Under the pieces are notes generated by a model. It saw only the letters and a list, made by a program, of their open reading frames with translations. It was not told the origin of the DNA and did not search any database. From NCBI GenBank assembly GCA_963776245.1, contig CAVZLN010000009.1, forward strand, positions 192,001-256,000: a stretch of DNA of 64,000 bases, given 5' to 3'. The DNA comes from Candidatus Eiseniibacteriota bacterium. GTDB lineage: Bacteria > Eisenbacteria > RBG-16-71-46. Of this stretch, positions 58,647 to 64,000 are shown in pieces (within the stretch, counting starts at the first letter, position 1; each line of letters starts with the position of its first letter). Both the position numbers and the translations under genes were made by a program.

Positions 58647-59675
58647 TCAGGCCGGGTCGCGGCCCGCCGCCTCGTCCGCGAACCAGCCGAGCGCGCGGGC
58701 GAGGTCCACGTTGCCGCCCGAGAGCAGCACGCCCACCCGCATCCCGCGCACGTCCACGCGCCCGCTCAGGGCCGCGGCCAGCCCGAGTGCCCCGGTGGGC
58801 TCCACCACCAGCTTCATCCGCTCCCACAGGAAGCGCATCGCGCGGACCAACTCGCGGTCGGGCACCGTCACCACGTCGCGCACGTGGCGGCGGATGACGC
58901 TCAAGGTGAGCGGTCCGAGCGACGGTGTGCGCGCGCCGTCGGCGATGGTGCGCGGGCTCTCGACGCGTTCCAGCCTCCCGCTGCGGAAGGAGCGCGCGCC
59001 GTCGTCCCCCGCCTCGGGCTCGACGCCGATCACCGCGCAGTTCGGGCACACCTGGCGCGCCGCCACCGCGGAGCCCGAGAGCAGCCCGCCCCCACCGAGC
59101 GGCACCAGCAGCACGTCGAGCGGCCCCGCTTCGTCGAACAGCTCGGCCGCGGCCGTTCCCGCGCCGGCGAGGATGTCGGGATGGTCGAACGGCGGGACCA
59201 GGGTGAGCCCGCGCTCGCCGGCGAGCCGGAGCGCGAGCGCTTCGCGCGGCTCGCCCAGCCGATCGTGGTGGACGATCTCGGCGCCATAGCCGCGTGTCGC
59301 CTCGAGCTTGGCGGGCGGCGCGGTGGACGGCATCACGATGACCGCGCGGGTGCCGTGCAGGCGCGCCACCAGGGCCACCGCCTGGGCGTGATTGCCCGAC
59401 GAGTACGCGATCACGCCGCGACGGCGTGCCTCCTCGGGCAGGGACGCGATGGCGTTCCACGCGCCGCGGAACTTGAACGCGCCCATCCGCTGGAGGTTCT
59501 CGCACTTGAGCGCCACCGAGGCGCCGAGGAGCGCGTCGAGGGTGCGCGAACGCGCCACCGGCGTGCGGTGCGCCACGCCCGCGAGCCGCCCGCGCGCCTC
59601 GGCGAGGCGCGCGGCCAGGTCCTCGTCCGGGTGGGCGGCGGCAGCCTCGCGCACCGGGTCGGGAAGCGCGCTCAT
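58647..59675 (-). CDS. PLP-dependent threonine/serine dehydratase or serine racemase family protein
   Basis: KCENLQRMGAFKFRGA, SSGNHAQ, PLGGGGLLSG, VEPTGA, SGGNVD. Confidence 0.9.
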   Translation of the reverse strand: MSALPDPVREAAAAHPDEDLAARLAEARGRLAGVAHRTPVARSRTLDALLGASVALKCENLQRMGAFKFRGAWNAIASLPEEARRRGVIAYSSGNHAQAVALVARLHGTRAVIVMPSTAPPAKLEATRGYGAEIVHHDRLGEPREALALRLAGERGLTLVPPFDHPDILAGAGTAAAELFDEAGPLDVLLVPLGGGGLLSGSAVAARQVCPNCAVIGVEPEAGDDGARSFRSGRLERVESPRTIADGARTPSLGPLTLSVIRRHVRDVVTVPDRELVRAMRFLWERMKLVVEPTGALGLAAALSGRVDVRGMRVGVLLSGGNVDLARALGWFADEAAGRDPA

Positions 59676-59739
59676 GGCCGCGGACGCGCGACGGCGGCGC
59701 GGCGCTCAGCGCCCTCCCGGTGCGTTCCTCGCGGCCGCG

Positions 59740-61140
59740 TCATCCGCCCGCGCCGCCGCCCAGCTCGAGTCCGGGCTGGGTCTGGCGTGCCGGGTCGAGC
59801 GCCGCGTCGAGCTCGGCCGCCGGCAGGCCGGTCATCTCGCGCGCCAGCTCGCGCACCGTCCGCCGTTCCTTGAACGCGCGCTTGGCGATCTCGGCGGCCT
59901 TGTCGTAGCCGATCAGGGGATTGAGCGCGGTCGCCATGCTGGGCGAGATCTCGATGTAGTCGCGGCACGCCTCCGCGTCCGCCACCAGGCCGGCCAGCGC
60001 CCGGTCGGCGAACAGGCGCGACACGCTCGCCAGCAGCCGGACGCTCTCCAGCAGATTGCGCGCGATGAGGGGCAGCATGGTGTTGAGGTCGAGCTGGCCC
60101 CACTGGGCGCCCACCGTCACGGCCACGTGGTTGCCCATCACCTGCGCGCCGACCTGCATCACCGCCTCGCAGATCACCGGGTTCACTTTGCCCGGCATGA
60201 TGCTCGAGCCCGGCTGCACCGCGGGCAGCGTGATCTCGCCGAGCCCGCAGCGCGGGCCGCTCGCCAGCAGGCGCACGTCGTTGGCGATCTTCATCAGGCT
60301 GGCGGCCGTGCTGTTGAGCGCGGCGCTCGCCCACAGCGCCCCGTCCTGCGCGCCCTGCGCCTCGAAATGGTTGCGCGCCTCGCCGAAGGCCGTGCCCGCG
60401 AGCCGGCCGATCTCCTCCGCCATGCGGCGCCCGAACTCGGGGTGGGTGTTGAGCCCGGTGCCGACCGCGGTGCCGCCGATCGCCAGCTCGCGCAGGTCCG
60501 GCAGCGTCGCCCGGACGCGGGCGATCGAGTGCTCGACCTGCGAGGCGTAGCCCGAGAACTCCTGGCCGAGCCGGATGGGCGTGGCGTCCATGAGGTGGGT
60601 GCGCCCGCTCTTGATCACCGGGTGGAACGCCTTCGCCCGCTCGTCGAGCACCTGCCGGAGGTGCTCGAGCGCCGGCAGCAGTTCCCGCTCGATCTGCGTC
60701 AGCGCCGCGATGTGCACCACGCTCGGGATCACGTCGTTGCTGCTCTGGCCGAAGTTGACGTGGTCGTTCGGATGCACCTTGAGCCCCGAGGCGCGCGACG
60801 CCAGCCGCGCGATGACCTCGTTGGCGTTCATGTTGCTGCTGGTGCCGCTCCCGGTCTGGAACACGTCGATCGGGAACTCGGCGTCCCACTTGCCGTCGGC
60901 CACCTCGCGCGCCGCGGCGCCGATGGCCCCGGCGATCGCCGCATCCACGGTGCCGAGGTCGGTGTTGACCTTCGCGGCCGCCGCTTTCACCAGCGCGAGC
61001 GCGTGCACGAACTCGGGCGGCAGGGGGCGGCCCGAGACCGGGAAGTTCTCCACCGCGCGCTGCGTCTGCGGTCCCCACAGCGCCTGCGTGGGCACCCGCA
61101 TCTCCCCCATGCTGTCCTTCTCGATCCGGAACTCGGTCAT
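59740..61140 (-). CDS. fumC: Class II fumarate hydratase
   Basis: MTEFRIEKDSMG, QTGSGTSSNMNANE, GRTHLMDA, GSSIMPGKVNP. Confidence 0.95.
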   Translation of the reverse strand: MTEFRIEKDSMGEMRVPTQALWGPQTQRAVENFPVSGRPLPPEFVHALALVKAAAAKVNTDLGTVDAAIAGAIGAAAREVADGKWDAEFPIDVFQTGSGTSSNMNANEVIARLASRASGLKVHPNDHVNFGQSSNDVIPSVVHIAALTQIERELLPALEHLRQVLDERAKAFHPVIKSGRTHLMDATPIRLGQEFSGYASQVEHSIARVRATLPDLRELAIGGTAVGTGLNTHPEFGRRMAEEIGRLAGTAFGEARNHFEAQGAQDGALWASAALNSTAASLMKIANDVRLLASGPRCGLGEITLPAVQPGSSIMPGKVNPVICEAVMQVGAQVMGNHVAVTVGAQWGQLDLNTMLPLIARNLLESVRLLASVSRLFADRALAGLVADAEACRDYIEISPSMATALNPLIGYDKAAEIAKRAFKERRTVRELAREMTGLPAAELDAALDPARQTQPGLELGGGAGG

Positions 61141-61190
61141 CTCACTCTCCTCACCGCGCGTGCCACGAGCGGCCCGCGCCGGTCCGCCGG

Positions 61191-61619
61191 TCACACCGGC
61201 ACGATCTCGAAGCGGCTGGTGATCTCGATGTCGTGGCCGAGCGACGCGTGCACCGCACAGTACTTGGTGTCGCTCAGCGTGATGGCTTCCTGCACCGCCG
61301 CGGGGCTCAAGTCCGGCCCCGTGACGCGGTGGAGCACGTCGATGCGGGTGTAGCGCCTGGGGTGCTCCTCGCGCTGCTCGCCCGAGACGATCACCTCGTA
61401 CGCGCGCACGTCCTGGCGCTTCTTGCGCAGGATGCTCGCCACGTCCATGCCGGTGCATCCGCCCAGCGCCACGAGCACCAGCTCGACCGGGGTCGGGGCG
61501 GTTGCGCCCACCGCGTTGTCGAGCACCAGGGTCTTGGCACTGCCGGTGGTCGCGGCGAAACGCACTGAGGTCCCCGTGGGCTCCTCGAGCGTCAGGCGCG
61601 CGCTCTTGATCGTCGTCAT
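61191..61619 (-). CDS. OsmC family (YhfA-like) protein
   Basis: PVELVLVALGGCTGMDV..ILRKKR; SDTKYCAV. Confidence 0.87.
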   Translation of the reverse strand: MTTIKSARLTLEEPTGTSVRFAATTGSAKTLVLDNAVGATAPTPVELVLVALGGCTGMDVASILRKKRQDVRAYEVIVSGEQREEHPRRYTRIDVLHRVTGPDLSPAAVQEAITLSDTKYCAVHASLGHDIEITSRFEIVPV

Positions 61620-61800
61620 CCTGCCCTCCGGGCGCCCGGGTGTCCGCCGCGGCAGCCCGCGGCCGGTGGTGCGCCGTCCCACGCCGCCAGCGGGTCGCGG
61701 GCGGCGCGCGCCGGCCAGTGGAACACGTCGCGGGCCCGCCCGTCGAGCGGGGCAGCCGGTCCCGCCGTCGTCACGCCGGCCCGCTCCTGGCGGAGGACCG

Positions 61801-63150
61801 TCACCCGCCCTCCGGCGGACCGCCGCGGACCGGCGGCGGCGCGTCGAGCGGCAGATCCAGTTCCTCGTCCGAGAGCACCGCCCGGCGGTTGAGGATCTGC
61901 GAGACATCGTGCTCGAAGAACAGATGGGTCAGGTGATCGAGGCCGACCTCGATCTGCTTGCGCAGCCCCACCATCTTCACCAGATAGGCGCCGGCCCACA
62001 TCAGCCAGGCCAGCCGCCCCGAGAACCGGAGCCCGAACAGGTCCACCACGCTGCTGTGCTGACCGAGCGAGATGATATAGCCCCGCGCCCGGAACCCGAA
62101 CTCCCGCGGCGCGCGGCCCTGCGCCTGGCGCACCAGCGTCTCGCCCACGTGGGCTCCCATCGCCATCGCGGTCTGGGCGAGCGCCGGATGGAACCGCCCG
62201 TGCTTGTCCATGGCCGCGGCGCAGTCGCCGATCACGTGCACGTCGTCGCGCGGCGTGCCGTCGGGCGCGAGCGCCCGCAGCCCGGCGTCCACGCGCACAC
62301 GTCCATCCCGATCGTGAAGCAACGGCAACTCGCGGACCACCTCCGGCGGGTGCACCCCCGCGGTCCACAGGAGGGTGAATCCCTCGACCCGCGCGCCGTC
62401 CTCGAGCACCACCGCGCGCGGCTCCACGCGCGCGACCAGGGCGCCGGTGCGCACCACGATGCCACTGCGCTCGAGGAAGCGCGTGACGTACTCGGAGTGC
62501 GCGGGCAGCGCCGTGGGCACCACCCGGTCGCCGCCCTCGAGCAGCGTGATGGACAGGTGCGAGGGCCGCACGCTGGAGAAGCGGGGCAGCAGGGTCTCGC
62601 GCGCCATCTCCACCAGCTCCGCCGCCACCTCCGCCCCGGTCACCCCGCCGCCCACCACCACGAACGAGAGCAGGCGGCGGCGCTGCGACTCGGTCTGGGC
62701 CTGCTCGGCCATCTCGAACAGCTCCACCACGCGCGCCCGCAGGTTCATCGCGTCCACCACGGTCTTGAACGGGCGGGTGTGCTCGGCGGCCCCGGGCACG
62801 CCGTAGTGGTTGGTCACGCTGCCCACCGCGATCACCAGGTGGTCCCACGGTCGCTCGAGACCGTTGTGCAGCCGGACCACGCGCTGCCCGAGATCGATGC
62901 CGGTGGCCTTGTTCTTGTGGAACCGCAGGTGGCGATGGCGCGCCATGGCGCGCAGCGGATAGACGATGTGGCGGGTCTCCACCGCGCCGGTCGCCACCGC
63001 GGGCAGCAGCGGATTGAACTGGAAGAAGTTCTCCTTGTCGATCACCAGGGTGTCCCAGTAACCGCGCGCGGCGCGCGAGCGCCCGATCGCGCGCGCCACG
63101 TCGAGCCCGCCGAACCCGCACCCGAGGATCACCAGCCGTCGTCCCGCCAT
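61801..63150 (-). CDS. ndh: Type II NADH dehydrogenase family FAD-dependent oxidoreductase
   Basis: VILGCGFGG, FNPLLPAVATG, VVGGGVTGAE, WTAG, VIGDCA. Confidence 0.85.
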   Translation of the reverse strand: MAGRRLVILGCGFGGLDVARAIGRSRAARGYWDTLVIDKENFFQFNPLLPAVATGAVETRHIVYPLRAMARHRHLRFHKNKATGIDLGQRVVRLHNGLERPWDHLVIAVGSVTNHYGVPGAAEHTRPFKTVVDAMNLRARVVELFEMAEQAQTESQRRRLLSFVVVGGGVTGAEVAAELVEMARETLLPRFSSVRPSHLSITLLEGGDRVVPTALPAHSEYVTRFLERSGIVVRTGALVARVEPRAVVLEDGARVEGFTLLWTAGVHPPEVVRELPLLHDRDGRVRVDAGLRALAPDGTPRDDVHVIGDCAAAMDKHGRFHPALAQTAMAMGAHVGETLVRQAQGRAPREFGFRARGYIISLGQHSSVVDLFGLRFSGRLAWLMWAGAYLVKMVGLRKQIEVGLDHLTHLFFEHDVSQILNRRAVLSDEELDLPLDAPPPVRGGPPEGG

Positions 63151-63193
63151 GATGCCGCAGGATAGCACCCGCCCTCTGATACAGTCCGCTCCC

Positions 63194-64000
63194 ATGCCGC
63201 TGATCTCGGTGCTCCTCCCGGTGCGCGATGCCGCGCCCTGGCTCGCCGCCTCGCTCGCCTCGCTGTGGCGCCAGACCTGCGACGACTTCGAGGTGGTCGC
63301 GGTGGACGACGGCTCCCACGACGGCTCGGGCGCGCTGCTCGACCGTGCCGCCACGCGCGAGCCGCGGCTGCGGGTGGTCCACACGCCGCCGCGCGGGCTG
63401 CCGCAGGCGCTCGAGACCGCGCGGGCGATGGCGCGCGCGCCGCTCATCGCCCGGCACGACGCCGACGACCTCTCCCATCGCGAGCGCTTCGCGCTCCAGG
63501 CGGCCCACCTGCGCGCCCATCCGCGGGTGGCGGTGGTGGGTTGCCGCCTGCGTGTCTTCCCCGCCGCGCACGCCGGGGCCGGGATGCACCGCTGGGCGGC
63601 CTGGCACAACGCGCTGCTCGGGCACGACGCGATGGCGGACGAGGCGCTCATCGACAGCCCGCTCGCCCACGGCACCGCGCTGATCCGGCGCGCCTGGCTG
63701 GCGCGCGTGGGGGGCTGGCACGAGCGTGGCTGGGCGGAGGATCTCGACCTGTGGCTGCGCCTGCTCGAACGCGGCGCGCGCTTCGCCAAGCTCCCGCGCA
63801 CGCTCTACGGCTGGCGCCAGCACGCCGGTTCGTCCACCCGCCGCGATCCGCGCTACGCCCCGGCTCGATTCATGGACCTGCGCGAGCACGCGCTGCTGCG
63901 CACGCTGCTGCGGCGGCGGCGCGCCGCCACGCTGGTGGGCGTGGGGATCACCGCGGCGGCCTGGACCGCCCGGTTGTGCCGCCACCTGAGCGTTGCGGCG
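63194..64000 (+). CDS. Family 2 glycosyltransferase (runs off the window end)
   Basis: Manual translation MPLISVLLPVRDAAPWL...VDDGSHDGS...ARHDADD...EDLDLWLR; frame stays open to 64000. Confidence 0.88.
   Translation, partial: MPLISVLLPVRDAAPWLAASLASLWRQTCDDFEVVAVDDGSHDGSGALLDRAATREPRLRVVHTPPRGLPQALETARAMARAPLIARHDADDLSHRERFALQAAHLRAHPRVAVVGCRLRVFPAAHAGAGMHRWAAWHNALLGHDAMADEALIDSPLAHGTALIRRAWLARVGGWHERGWAEDLDLWLRLLERGARFAKLPRTLYGWRQHAGSSTRRDPRYAPARFMDLREHALLRTLLRRRRAATLVGVGITAAAWTARLCRHLSVAA

Overview
Very GC-rich bacterial chromosomal window. Two secreted proteins ending in TWGxIKxxYR and two with FlgD-Ig-like C-termini suggest Candidatus Eisenbacteria or a related lineage (inference). Most of the window is core metabolism: the sucA-sucB-lpdA 2-oxoglutarate dehydrogenase operon, an ABC-2 exporter, mscL, nfuA, three OsmC-family genes, two OPT transporters, an alternative complex III (actABCDEF) operon followed by tRNA-Leu(TAA), moeB, glk-tkt-tal/pgi, a multi-PAS hybrid kinase, fumC and ndh. 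Four things stand out. (1) An HNH-endonuclease gene (13520-14935) carries, in frame, six 20-bp palindromes on a mostly 36-bp period with compensatory base changes, and ends in a RuvA-C-like domain. (2) An archaeal-type gatE-gatD pair is coupled to a glutamine-synthetase-family gene. (3) An STT3/AglB-like protein has PVDYG in place of WWDYG. (4) A HAL-family lyase has an Ala-Cys-Gly MIO triad. Two stretches (about 29-32 kb and 37-39 kb) contain many frameshifts, most likely sequencing errors. All product calls come from motif recognition by eye, not database searches.
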